The position numbers and the translations under genes are program-made. This document shows, one piece after another, positions 12,391 through 26,311 of a stretch of DNA of 64,000 bases (position 1 is the stretch's first letter; each line of letters opens with the position of its first letter). The notes under the pieces are model-generated. The model was given only the letters and a program-made list of their open reading frames with translations. It did not search any database and was not told where the DNA came from. The DNA lies in NCBI GenBank assembly GCA_951406725.2, contig OX597815.1, positions 188,852,001 through 188,916,000 of the forward strand, in the 5' to 3' direction. The stretch is from Octopus vulgaris (lineage: Eukaryota).

Positions 12391-15300
12391 TGTATGTATG
12401 TATGTGTGTATGTATGTATGTATTTCTGTTCCCATTTATTATTGATGATATTTTCTGGGAAATATGTTGGAATCCATTCCTTTGGTACTTAAAATTTCAG
12501 TTTTGTTGTCTATAGCAATTATTCTAAAATTTAGACAACCTTGAGTTTGATAAAAAAGAAAAAGAAAAACAAAATCAACAAGGAAATGTATGAAGACCAT
12601 TCGTCACAAATGTAAGGCAATAGAAAATATCCGAATGTTGTGAAAATAATATTATTTAACTGCTAGTTTCGTAATGCTTACTTTACTGTTTATTTATCTA
12701 AAAATAACATTTGGATGTAGGTCTGATATGAAGAGAAGAGATGTCTAATTAAATGAATACCAAACATTTGAATAAAAGATTCATTAAAAATGATATGGAA
12801 TATTTTAGTAATAATATTAGTGCATTTATAATGTCCTTGGAACCAAAATTTTTTTTAGAAATGAGGAGAAACAATCATAATTATGTACTGAGAGCTACAT
12901 GAACTATCATGTCAAATTATTGGCAAGCTAACAAATAATTCTAACTTCCATTTTGGCAAGCCAGGTTATACAAAGAATTGTTGAATTTCTACTACCTGAA
13001 GGACTCAATTAATGCTGATAATAGAATTGTGAATACATCGTCAGAATTCTATGCTTAAAGGAAGCATAGTTACTTCTGATGAATATGGAGATCAGTCTGT
13101 GCTGCAACTTTAAATTATATATATTGAATGTGTCAAAGATCTTATAATGATATCAAGCGATTTAGTTAAAGATGGTGAGATATATTAAGAATTCTTCCTT
13201 GTCACCATCAACTACCAAGTAATTAATTTGCTTGATACTGAAGAGAAAGATTCATTACATTATAAAATTGGCATTAATGATAATAATACATGAACTTGTG
13301 TGGTATTATTTAAATTGACTGAAATATGTAATGGTGACTGATGTGTTTTCAATTCTTAAGACTAATAATTCATTACTAAAATATGCTAAACTCTCTCTCT
13401 TTCGTTTATTATTAGATCGGCTACTAAAGAAGCTATCTTAAATCATAGAGAACCCTTCAATTTTTATATGACACTAATTAGCTTTGGTTTGTTTTTCTGC
13501 TGAAAAATTATCCATGAAAGACAAATGCCATTGATGTTATTACCATTGAAAGACTATATTCAAAGAATCAACTGGATTGTAGCCAAGAATTTTCCATAAA
13601 TTGATCTCGCTGATATTTATGAACCATTATCAGACATAAATAATCACATATTTTGTTTGATAGTTGATAAAAATTCTTTGCCTAATAAATAGGCTTTAAT
13701 TGCTCATAACATTCTGTGCTGTGTGTAGCATTTATTACTGCTATAAACTGGATAATAACTTTCTTTCATTTCTAATATTTTTAATTCATATAGCCTGTAA
13801 CCTTTATTAATTACATATCTTAGAGAATTATCAGGTATAAATAAACATACAAGTTAGGAACAATTATAGATTTAATTTTTGTATTAGTCATCTTATGCAA
13901 AGAGATGGAGCTAAAATAATCAGGCTCCTATGTCATTTTAAGATCTACTGTAACGGATAGACAGCACTTTACTGAAGAGGTTTAATTATCATCCAACCAC
14001 GTACGTAATTTTCACCGTACTGCTTAATATGTCTTGCTCTCCACTACATTTCATATTTAATTAATTTTAATTTATTAAAATTTAGATGTTATCTCTTCTT
14101 GCTTACTTTTATTTGCCCGAATTAGTAATTTAAGAAATGATTCTTCTTATTACTGAGTGTGTAATTTTAATTTATAAAAACATCTTAGCTTGCTACATCA
14201 AACAGTAAGCAGGGACATCTTGGCAGTATTACAAGGTTCATGGACAAAGCAATGCACTAAAGCTTTTACAGTTACAGCATAAACAATTTAGGTTTGAATT
14301 AAAACTGCTGAAAGTGGTTAGTTCTGTTATTTTATTATGAAGAATTCAGTTTGTAAAATATTTGTAGCATAAAATTTCCTTTGAGAATTTCTCTACCTTT
14401 ATTAAATTACGATTTTACTCCTCATGAATTTTACTTCAATTCCTTCAAAGACTGCATTTGATTTCAAAATCATAATGCGTGGCTTACAATTTTTTTCCTT
14501 CTATCAATTTTTTTTCTTTCCTTTGTTTTAAATTATCTTCTGAACAAAAATCTTCCTTTAATGGTGTTAGCACAAAATATAACAAATGTCTAACTGCAGC
14601 AAAAATAAAAAAAGATAAACAAAACCCAAAGATAAAGAAAAAAATTTAATTAATTAAATCTGCACACATTCAAAATTACATATTCACTTCAGGTAGGATT
14701 TAGACAGCAAAATATTTTAACATTCTAAAGGAGTCTGAAATATTTGAAATTCCTTTCTAAAGAATTATTTAAAAGCTATTAAATAACACAGAACACCCCA
14801 ACATAAGTTATATAAAAAGAAAAAAATATTTGGTGAAGAAAGTATTGTATTTAGCTACATTAGTATCAAACATTTAAAACTGATTTGAAGAAATCTACTT
14901 TAAATGTGTTAAACATAGGGCTTGTCAGTTTTTCATTTTTTTTCATGCATTGCATTTGAGGAGAAGTGGTGGGAATAAATACTTACAAATATTCTTTTTA
15001 TAGATATTCACCGAATCAACTGTTCCCTGAAATTCTCTTCTGATTTCATTAAGTGAAGAAAGAAAAAAATTCCTATTGGCTTTCAGGCTATTTTCACTCT
15101 GTTCTATATCTTATCACCAAGAAATTAGCAGCAATGATGTAGCAGAAGGCTTCCACATAAAGTTTGCTTATTCTACCTACCAAAAGAGGTGGAAATTCTT
15201 GAAGTGCAGATAAACAGTGCTACAATCACTTGAGTTATGGTAATAATTAATTTTAATTCTGCACATGTTTCTGCCCAGAACTGGATTATATATATAGAAA

Positions 15301-15559
15301 ATGCCTGTTTCATTCAAATATGTGGACTGGAAAATATGCCAAAAATGAGAAGAGAAGAGTTTTGTTTTAGTTGTCTTGCTAAGTGGCACCTTAGAAAACG
15401 ACTTGAGTAGATTGTACATTTATTCGACCTTGCCTCTTGAAGTGCAATCATGAAAGAAATGATAGCTATTACAATATCTATTATTAAAATATGATAATCC
15501 ATAATGTTTTATAATAATATCTATAGTATTTAATAATAATAATAACAACAACAACAACA

Positions 15560-15591
<32 letters not shown>

Positions 15592-15792
15592 TGATAATAA
15601 TAATAATAATAAATAATAATAATAATGATGATAATAATAATAATAAATAATAATAATAATAATAATAAATAATAATAATAATAAATAATAATAACAATAA
15701 TAATAATAAATAATAATAATAATAATAAATAATAATAACAATAATAATAATAAATAATAATAATAATAATAACAACAACAATAATAATAATG

Positions 15793-15829
<37 letters not shown>

Positions 15830-15836
15830 TAATAAT

Positions 15837-16255
15837 GATTGGAAGTGTTATCATGTACATTGTTTTGTCTTGATATAAAAGATGGGCTACAGTAAATATT
15901 CTGCTCAATACCACAGATTTGCTTGTCAGTTGTTTGACCTTAACCAGTTGACCATGTCCCTTAGTGGCTGATGATATGTGCATTGCTGATCATGAGAAGA
16001 AGTAGTGGGGAAGCATTATAGCCATGTGTTGAGAGGGATTCTTTGGGGTTTGAATAATTCACCTCTGGAAGCATGGGTGGTTTGTTCAACATCCTTAAAC
16101 AATCCTTATTTAGGACCTTTTGATTGAGATGGGCTACTCAACCAGAAGAAAATTCTAAGTGGGCCCCACCTGCAAGGTCATGCGCTGTTTATTTTGATAT
16201 GAGATCATCATGTCGCTCACATATGGTTGTGATGCATGTGCCTAGTGTACCCTTA
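15837..16255 (+). mobile_element. Family F copy, longer at the 5' end, 3' end truncated
   Basis: From about 15995 onward it is the reverse complement of 11000-11260; it follows a (TAA)n tract. Confidence 0.75.
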
Positions 16256-16449
16256 CATACTGTATGGAAAGTGAAACTTTGGAGGCGAGTGTGTGGTGTT
16301 GCTTTGCATTTATAATAAAATAAATGTATACAAATTATGAAAATAATAAAAAAGTATATACAATACAGTGCAGTTTCTACTTTGCGGATTTTCACCTATC
16401 ATGGTGGGTTTTGGAATGTAACACTCATGATAGTTGAGGGGTTACAGTA
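16256..16449 (+). mobile_element. Tigger/pogo-like DNA transposon terminal fragment
   Basis: Ends 'gcggattttcacctatcatggtgggttttggaatgtaacactcatgatagttgaggggttacagta', resembling Tigger-type termini ending in ..CTG-TA. Confidence 0.5.
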
Positions 16450-17598
16450 TTAATGAACCAAGAGCAGATAACTCAGTTGTTTGAACAAGTGAATCCTCAT
16501 CATTGAATAACAGAGATCGACAATAGTATTTTTGTGGAAGAAGGAATATCTAGTTAATTCAGGGCAGAAGCGGGGGTGGGGGAGACAAAACAAACAAAAA
16601 CACGATCATTTATTTATGTCTAATAAAAATTAAAATATACATTTAAAAGAACAGAGAATTCTATTTCAGTTTTAAGTAATGTTTAATCAATACTGTCTCC
16701 ACACCCAACAACACTTTACATATAACATATTACTTTGCTCCACTCTTTCTCTTTCCATTTACATTATAAATTATAACAGTTTATGGCAGAGATCACCAGA
16801 AGAGATCTATTTTTCTTGTCACTTAATAGTTTAGGACTAACTCATTTCCCCTGTTTTTGGCTAGAATGATAATCAGTTATAAAATCTAATTTCAACGTTA
16901 ATTATCATTTTTTTTTGTCTTTATATTTGATATTGATCATAATTTCGTGTTTTCTTTTTTCTTTCAAGTATTGTTACATTACTCTCATTCGCTCTCTCTC
17001 CCTCTTCTTCTCCCCCCTCTCTCTCTCGTTAATATTTATAGGCTGCATATTTATATAGGAGTCAGCATGTCAACTCGTATAAGCTGGATGACATATATCT
17101 CTTGGCACTGACTTCAAATTTTAGCAATCACTGATATCTTCTTTCTTTCTTTTCTTCTTTCACTAATCCTGCCCCTTCAATCATATCAGTCTGTATCAGT
17201 TTTCAATGATATTGAATTTCCTTCTTTGCACCATTAGGTCAATGAAAGACTTCTGGTGATTTCCTCTGTGTGTATCATGAAGTTATTATATGATAATACA
17301 AAGGTGGCTTCCTCTTATCATCCTTTGGGTGTTTTTTCACAATTTCCATCATGTTGGCTAGCTATAGACAAGGTCACTGTGTATATTTGGTCATTCATTG
17401 CATAAAGTAGCTGGACAAATACAGCAAAAGCAAAGTAGACTCAGGAAGGATTTGAACTCAAAACAAAGAATTAGAACAAATACCACAAGGTATTTCGTCT
17501 GATGCTCTACTAATTCTACCATTTTTACTGGCTTATTTGGATTTATGAGCAGATTTTCTAATTTACTTGTCTTAAATCATCATCATCATCATAATCAT

Positions 17599-17650
<52 letters not shown>

Positions 17651-18435
17651 GTTTAACGTCCATTTTCCATGCTAGCATGGGTTGGACAGTTCGACCAGAG
17701 TCTGGGAAGCCAGGAGGCTGCACCAGGCTCCAGTCTGTTCTGGCAGTGTTTCTACAGCTGGATGCCCTTCATAACGTGAACCACTCCATGAGTGTAGCGG
17801 GTGCTTTTTACATGCTACCGGCACAGGTGCCAGGAGAGGCTGGCAATGGCCATGATCGGTTGGTGCTTTTTACATGCCACCAGCACGGAAGCCAGTCAAG
17901 GTGGTGCTGGCATCGACTATGTATGGATGGTGCTTTTTACGTGCCAGGGGAGGCTGGCAATGGCCACGATCGGTTGGTGATTTTTACGTGCCACCAACAC
18001 GGAAGCCTTGTATTTTTGAAGAGAGCAATAACAAGCTCTGCATAAAAGCGAGTAGGATATCAAGGATCTGCTTTGATAATTATTTATAAGATATTAAATG
18101 AAAAAAGTAAATATCTTCTCAGCCTCCAAAGAGCTATTAAGGGCCATTAAGCAGATGAAAGGATGAAAGGAAAACTAATCTTTTAGATAGGATGCTGGTT
18201 TATTTCAGGTATCATTCCCAGAAGTTTGGTACTAATTCTCAACTGCTAGATAAACTGTGGCATGTTGAATGAAAGCTACTTCACAAATACATGTGTATTT
18301 CAACTTGTAATGTTCAAGGTGGTTCTTCAATACTCTGACCACATTTCCAATTTGCTTCTATTTGTAAGATATTAGTGTTTCAAGATTCTTTTCATTATAC
18401 AAAGTGAGCTTTTAAAGCAGGCTGTTTGATATGTC

Positions 18436-18469
<34 letters not shown>

Positions 18470-18532
18470 ACTTGCAACATGTATTTCCATCTCTTCTCTA
18501 GCAGCCTAAAGATGGATTTGTGCTTAGCCTTG

Positions 18533-18817
18533 TCATCATCATCATTATCATCACCACCACCACCACCACCACCACCATCATCATAATCATCATCACCATC
18601 ATCATCATTATCATCACCAGCACCACCAGCACCAAAACTACCACCACCAACACCACCACCACCACCACCAACACCACCACCATCATCATCATCATCATCA
18701 TCATCATCACAACCACCACCACCACCATCACCACCACCACCACCACCACCACCACCACCACCACCACCACCACCACCACCACCACCTCCTCCTCCTCCTC
18801 CTCATCACCATCATCAT
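18533..18817. repeat. (CAT/CAC)n trinucleotide microsatellite
   Basis: Direct observation. Similar tracts at 19693-19911 and 39757-40104. Confidence 0.95.
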
Positions 18818-19691
18818 TTGAAATTCACGTCCCATATTGGCACGGGTTGGATGGTTTGAAAGGATCTGGTGGATACAAAAACTATACCATCCTCCAGTGT
18901 TTGCATTGGTGTGGTTTCTATGGCTTGATGCCTTCCTAACACCATCTACTTTACAGTATGTAATTAGTGCTTTTTTTCCCTAGAACCAGCACTAGTGAGG
19001 TCATTGTGAATCTCACAAGATTAAGATTCCCTTCAAGGTGGCGAGCTGGCAGAAATGTTAGCACGCCAGGCAAAATGCTTAGCAGAATTTCGGCTGCCAT
19101 TATGTTCTGAGTTCAAATTCCACTGGGGCCGACTTTGCCTTTCATCCTTTCGGGGTCGATAAATTAAGTCCCAGTTATGCACTGGGGTCGAGGCAATCGA
19201 CTTAATCCCTTTGTCCATCCTTGTTTGTCTCCTCTATGTTTAGCCCCTTGTGGACAGTAAAGAAATAAAATTCTTTTCAACTGAGAGGACCTGCAGTAAA
19301 GTGGGGAGTAGCTTTTTGCTCTAATGAGTGAGAAAAAAATTAGACAAAGGGATAGAAAAGAACACACCTAGACTTTCCTCTCTAATTCCACTATAGATTT
19401 GGCTATGAGAACTAGATCATCAGCGTCCTCTGTGTCGGTTTTATAGGACTATAATGAATAGGAGAGGATTGAGGACTAAACCTTGATGCACTCACGTCTG
19501 TCAATAGTGCATTGACAAAATATTCGCTAATTAAGAGTCCCATTCCTTTTCTTACATCAATATATGTTCATTACTCTACAGATAGCTGAGCAGAGACATC
19601 GTGCATATTTATAAAACAGTGATGACTTATATTGACACAAAACTACAGAAAGGAATGGAGAAGTCAACTGATTCAGTTCTTCTGTCTGACC

Positions 19692-19729
<38 letters not shown>

Positions 19730-20307
19730 CCACCATCATCACCACCATCATCATCATCATCATCATCATCATCACCACCACCACCACCACCACCACCACC
19801 ACCACCACCACCACCACCACCACCAAAACCACCACCACCACCACCACCACCACAACCACCACCACCATTACCACCACCACCACCACCACCACCACCACCA
19901 TCATCATCATCGTTTAACGTCCGTTTTCCATACTAGCATGGATTGGACGGTTCGACTGGGTTCTGGGAAGCCAGGAGGCAGCACTAGGCTCCAGTCTGAT
20001 CTGGCAGTGTTTCTACAGCTGGATGCCCTTCCTAACACCAACCACTCCATGCATGTAGATATTTTTTTAAAATTCAAAATCACAGGAATAATGGTTAAAC
20101 TCAAAACCCAGCTGCTTAGAGATAAAACTAATGACTGTAAAGATTTAAGTCCTTCCATTCACCATTTCTGTTAACCCACCATTTTTAAGCCCATAAGATA
20201 AGGATTAAGTAGTCAACTTCAACACACATGTTATCCACAAGTGCCCATTCGCATAAGTTATTCAAGAAGCAATAAAACTACTTTATAACCACAAATTCTC
20301 TGGAAAG

Positions 20308-20548
20308 GCACATACACACACACATGCACACACACATACACACACACATGCACACACACATACACACACACGCACATATATATATACATACATACAAACA
20401 TATATATATATATGTATATATATACATATATACATATATATATACATATACATATATATATATGTATATATATATACATACATATATATATATGTATATA
20501 CATACATACATACATACATACATACATGTATATGTATATATATATATA

Positions 20549-20616
<68 letters not shown>

Positions 20617-20722
20617 CATACATATATGTATACATACACACATATCTATATATGTATACCACACACACACACACATAGACGTGTGTATGCATGTATATCA
20701 AACATACATACATATATGTATA
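20308..20722. repeat. Compound (CA)n/(TA)n/(CATA)n microsatellite
   Basis: Direct observation. Similar tracts at 12030-12420 and 47733-47985. Confidence 0.95.
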
Positions 20723-21723
20723 GAGTTACCTAGGGAGATTTCAGAGGTTGAAGACAGCCAATCAATTCAGAAAAGTGAACTTAATAATAAATATCTGAAC
20801 ATTAAATTAAAACACCCTCTTCTTATATTCGGAAAACGTTCATTCTGGATGAACTGAAATTTATAGGCTTTGCCTTTGAGTCATAAAACGATGTCAAGCG
20901 GTGTTAACTTTACCTTTTCTCCTTGTCCATAAATGAAACAATGTTACACAGGCTGTAAAATCACTCATTGCACGTTTACAACTGACATTGACATTTTCCA
21001 TAAAATCTCTTACTTACATGATTCCTCATTTTCGTTGACACTTAATTAATTCAAACAATTATTATTATTGGTGGAAATGGATAAGGCAGAAAGATGGCAG
21101 GATAGTTAGTGCACTGGATGGAATGCTTAATGACAGTTCTGAGATCAGATTCCTCCAAAGTTGATTTTGATCTTCTTTCTTTTAGGGTGGATGAAATGAG
21201 GACCAATGAAGCCCTGGGGTGAATGTAATCGACAAGTTTCCAACCCACAAAATTGCAGGCCTTGCACTTATAGTAGAAGGAATTGTTATTGAAAGGTGGT
21301 GAGCTGATGGAATTGTTAGCACCCTGGACAAAATGCTAAGCAACATTTCTTCTGGCCTTACACACTGAGTTCGAATTCCACCTAGGATGACCTTACCATT
21401 TATTCATTCTTTCAGAGAAGAGAAAACAAGAACCAGTTGAAGCACTGGGGTCTATATGACTGACTAGCTTCTCCCTGAAATTTCAGAACTTGTGTCTTTT
21501 TAGTGGAAAAAATTATCATCATCAGTGCCTTTGCACAGCTTCTAATGCTGGAGATGTACTACGGTGCCAGCTGTTCACTACCAAGATAACAACCTTATTT
21601 TTCGAGCACCTTCGAGAGTATTCAATCAGTTCCAAGCAGTGCTGTTTTCTGCAAGTGCTCCACCCTTATTGCACCCCCAATTTGTTCCACGTACTTCTAA
21701 AAATCAAAAAATTGTTATTATTA

Positions 21724-21794
<71 letters not shown>

Positions 21795-21954
21795 GAGTGA
21801 GAGAGCAGTGCATGCCATCAAAGTGACACTGAGGTAAAGAATACGAAGCCCAGTATACCCATCATGACTACCTGTCTGATAAAGGTATACTAGGCACATG
21901 CATCACAACCATATGTACGCGACATGGTGATCTCATATGAAGATAAAAAACACA

Positions 21955-22008
<54 letters not shown>

Positions 22009-22038
22009 CATCATCATCATCATTATTATTATTATTAC

Positions 22039-22072
<34 letters not shown>

Positions 22073-22232
22073 GAGTGAGAGAGCAGTGCATGCCATCAAA
22101 GTGACACTGAGGTAAAGAATACGAAGCCCAGTATACCCATCATGACTACCTGTCTGATAGAGGTATACTAGGCACATGCATCACAACCATATGTACGCGA
22201 CATGGTGATCTCATATGAAGATAAAAAACACA

Positions 22233-22289
<57 letters not shown>

Positions 22290-22320
22290 CATCATCATCA
22301 TCATTTATTATTATTATTAC

Positions 22321-22357
<37 letters not shown>

Positions 22358-22517
22358 GAGTGAGAGAGCAGTGCATGCCATCAAAGTGACACTGAGGTAA
22401 AGAATACGAAGCCCAGTATACCCATCATGACTACCTGTCTGATAAAGGTATACTAGGCACATGCATCACAACCATATGTACGCGACATGGTGATCTCATA
22501 TGAAGATAAAAAACACA

Positions 22518-22583
<66 letters not shown>

Positions 22584-22665
22584 CATCATCATCATCATTA
22601 TTATTATTATTACTATTATTATTATTATTATTATTATTATTGAGTGAGAGAGCTGTTCATGCTAT
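21795..22665 (-). repeat. Tandem triplication (period 278-285 bp) of a truncated family F element plus (TAT)n spacer
   Basis: Near-identical ~160-bp copies start at 21795, 22073 and 22358; a diverged stub starts at 22642. Confidence 0.9.
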
Positions 22666-23454
22666 CTATTATTATTATTATTATTTGAAAGGGTCTGAAA
22701 GTAAACTTAAAGACCAAGATCCTAGTAAGCAAGAAATTAGACAGGACCCTTCATTTTTCTAGTAAATGGCCTTGTTCAATATGTAAGAAGGGTGTAGACA
22801 GAAATTCCATTCATTGTCTCCAATGCAAGCTATGGGTTCACAAGAGGTACAGTGGAATAGTAAGAAGGTTAGCAGAGAAAGTAGTGTTTGTATGTAAGGT
22901 GGTTGGCATTAGAAAGGGCATCCAGCCATAAAAACTAAGCCAAAACAGACAATGGGATCTGGTGCAGCCCCTGGCCTTGCCAGTTCCTGTTAGGCCATTC
23001 AACCCATGCTTGCATGGAAAATGGATATTAAATGATGATGATGATGACGACGACGAGGATGATGATGGTGATCAAGTCCATATCACTCTATGATTACTGG
23101 ATTCAGTCCCACTGTGTGCTCACCTTGGGAAAGTGTCTTCTACTATAGCCTCAGGCTGACCATAGCCTTGTGAGTGGATTTGGTAGACGGAAACTGAAAG
23201 AAGCCCATCATATATATAAATATGTGTGTGTGTGTATGTGTCTGTGTTTGTCCCCCCCCCCCCCATCACTTGATAACCGATGCTAGTGTGTTTACATTCC
23301 CGTAACTTAGCAGTTTGCCAAAAGAGACCGATAGAATAAATACTAGGCTTATAATGAATAAGCCCTGGGATTGATTTGCTCAACTAAAGGCTGTGCTCCA
23401 GCATGGCTGCAGTCAAATTACAGAAACAAGTAAAAAAATGAAAGAATAAAAGAA

Positions 23455-23620
23455 TGTTTCTTTATTAGCCACACAGGGCTGAACACAGAGGGGACAAATT
23501 ACAAAGTAGATCTTTTCTTTTTGGGGAGAAAAAAATTGGGGGTTAAGTTTTCTATCAAAAGGGATCGTAAAAAAAGGAAAAAAAGGAAAAAAAAAACAAA
23601 GAACAAAAAAAACAAAAATA
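23455..23620 (-). mobile_element. Putative LINE 3' UTR fragment sharing its tail with SINE family A
   Basis: Minus strand ends tttgtcccctctgtgttcagccctgtgtggctaataaagaaa; a second, inverted copy lies at about 24470-24662. Confidence 0.55.
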
Positions 23621-23648
23621 ATAAAAGAATACCATCCTTTCCCTACAT

Positions 23649-24212
23649 CAGTGCTACTCAAGGTTGTGATCCGCAGACCGGCGCCGGTCTGTGAGCCATC
23701 AGCTGTCAGTATGTGGTGAGTTTCCAGAAAAGAAAGAAACATTATGAAATGCTAATAAAATGCTTACATAATTCTTATGTAATATTGTATTATTTGTTTA
23801 CAAAATAAATATATACGATAAAAAAAATTGTCAACTTTTACTATATTCATTATATATATTCTGTTGTCTCTGGGGAGAGTCATTTTCTTTTTGTGCCTTA
23901 TAATTTAACACATTCACTGGTAAAATTTCCACTTATTTCTTATTTTTATTTTTATTTTTATAAGTGGAAATTTTACCGGTGAGTGTGTTAAATTATAGGG
24001 CACCAAAAGAAAATGACTCTCCCCAGACACAACAAAATATGCTTCAACACACAAACTCATGTAAAGAATCTTACAAACCAAATCCAAAAACGAAAAAATT
24101 ATATATATTGTTTCTGGTATAAATTAATGTTACCAAGAAATATTACCGGTCCCTGGTACATTGGGGAAAAAAAATTACCACCATACTACATCAGATAGTT
24201 TGAGAAGAACTG
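23649..24212. mobile_element. Non-autonomous hAT (Charlie-like) element with a nested inverted family E pair
   Basis: Imperfect TIRs cagtgctactcaa..ttgagaagaactg; 8-bp TSD ccctacat (23641-48) / tcctacat (24213-20). Confidence 0.7.
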
Positions 24213-24838
24213 TCCTACATGACATCATCCCTGATTGGCTGAAGCAGTTATAAGCATGGAATATCAACTTTAACTCACGTTAGTGCTCACACACACATAC
24301 ATCAATTTTTCTATATATAAAACGAGGGTTACCTACTTGCAAACAGATGTGGTAACATGTAACATTATTGACCGAGGTTACCATGGCCTTTTCCGTGGGC
24401 TTTTCTTTCCATGGATAAACCTTATCTGCTTTCCCCCTTTACACATTACATCATGACATTTCTGTGATACATGATCCCTATTGATAATTTTTATTTCTTT
24501 TTCTTTTTTTTCTTTCCCCCTTTTTTCTGTCCCTTTTACGATTGCTTTTGATCAAAAACCTATCCCACTTTAAAAAATTTTTTTTTTCTCACCAAAAAGG
24601 TAAGCTCTACTTTGTAATCTGTCCCATCTGTGTGCAGCCCTGTGTGGCTAATAAAGAAACATATATATATAAAATGAGCTTCCAGCAATTCCCATCTGCT
24701 AAATTCACTAACAAGACATTGGTCATCCTGGGGCTGTAAGTAAGGAATACTTACCACTCGTGCAACTCATTGGGACTGAAATTAAAAGCATGAGCCTGTA
24801 GAGCAAACTCGTTAACCACACAGCCATTCCTGCACACA

Positions 24839-25144
24839 GTGGAGGCACATGGCCTAGTGGTTAGAGCAGCGGACTTGCGATCCCTCAACCGCGAGTTCGA
24901 ATCTCAGACCAGGCAATGTGTGTGTTTATGAGTGAAACACCTAGGCCCCACGCAGCTCCGGCAGAAGGTAATGGCGAACTTCTGCTGACTCTTTCGCCAC
25001 AACTCTCTCTCACTCTTTCCTCCTGCATCTTGCAGCTCACCTGCGACGGACCGGCGTCCTGTCCAGGTGGGGAACCTATACACCAAGGAAACCGGGAAAC
25101 AGGCCCTTATGAGCCAGGCATGGATTGAGAAGGAACAAACAAAA
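24839..25144 (+). mobile_element. tRNA-derived SINE family D, tail type 2
   Basis: A box tggcctagtgg, B box gagttcgaatc; 13-bp TSD attcctgcacaca at 24826-38 and 25145-57. Confidence 0.9.
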
Positions 25145-25991
25145 ATTCCTGCACACACACACATACACACGTGGGTGTGTGTAAGAAAATTAAATTTTTT
25201 TACATCAGATATACAACTTTGAAATAATCTGAAAAACACCCCAACAAATATTTTTATTTTTGCATATTGGTAATTCAAGTGTTGTAAGGTTAATTGATAC
25301 TTGTTCGTAACCTCTACCAAACTACAGGAAAACGATATCATTCAAACTTGTTTTTCTTCTTTCTTTGGGCCCAGCATATTACTAATATCATAAACAAATT
25401 CCTACTTTATACAACAGAAAACTAAATTAACTAAAAATAGTTTTTTTGTAATAAATTTCCATAAGAAATCAACGAAAATTATTTATATTTATCCATTAAA
25501 TTTGAAATAGATATATTTCATTAAAAAATGCTAATTATTTTGAAATAAAATATATTAATACGTTAATGTGGAAGCAACAGGTTTTTTTTAAAATTCATAT
25601 TCATATCTCATAAATCTATGTTTCATAATCTGAATAACTATGTGCCACATTATTTTTTTAAGTATTTCAGTATCAATCCCATATAAAATACAAAAATACT
25701 ATTTGTAAATCTCACGAGACACATTCAGTAACAGTACTCTAGAGTAAAGATTATTTGCCAACATAACATTCATCCTAACCAGGACAGCCATGTTATGTTG
25801 GCAGATAATCTTTAATCCTATATGCATATTTACAATAAATAAATATATAAAATAGAATAAAAAAACAGAGTTATACATTCGGCATATCCACAGTGTATAT
25901 TATATATTATAGCTTTGGTTCTTTATGCCATAGCTACTGTCTCAAATATTTAATTCCCTCAGCATTTTTTGTTGTTTTGTTTTATTTGGTG

Positions 25992-26170
25992 TAGGAGAGG
26001 CTGTGTGGTAAGTAGCTTGCTTACGAGCCACATGATTCTGGGTTCAGTTGCACTGCATGGCACCTTGTGTAAGTGTCTTCTACTATAGCCTCGGGCCGAC
26101 CAAAGCCTTGTGAGTGGATTTGGTAGATGGAAACTGAAAGAAGCCTGTCGTATATATGTATGTATATATA
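25992..26170 (+). mobile_element. SINE family B 5' half; its internal TA tract is the Tc1 target site
   Basis: aggagaggctgtgtggtaagtagcttgc..gggttcag..ccttgtgtaagtgtcttctactatagcctcgggccgacc..gaagcctgtcgtatata. Confidence 0.8.
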
Positions 26171-26311
26171 CACTTGCGTCAGAAATTAATTAGCACTTCT
26201 CAAATTTCTACATTTTCTTACATTTTCTTAATTTAATTAACTTATTATCAGAAACGAACCCGTTTTTAATCAAAAATGTATTAAAACATATCCCAGCATA
26301 CCACATAATAG

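Noticed and set aside
20835-20905. Hammerhead-like text ctggatga..aaaacgatgtc in a TA-adjacent insert
   Set aside because: The core needs several corrections and the stems do not pair; at most a decayed relic.
21795-22665. Regularly spaced repeats resembling a CRISPR array
   Set aside because: Repeats are about 160 bp, spacers are (TAT)n, the context is eukaryotic and no cas genes are present.
24839-24915. tRNA gene-like sequence (also 38829-38905, 5150-5226, 9750-9830)
   Set aside because: A/B boxes are present, but the acceptor stem does not pair and each continues into a repeat body, some with TSDs; these are SINE heads.
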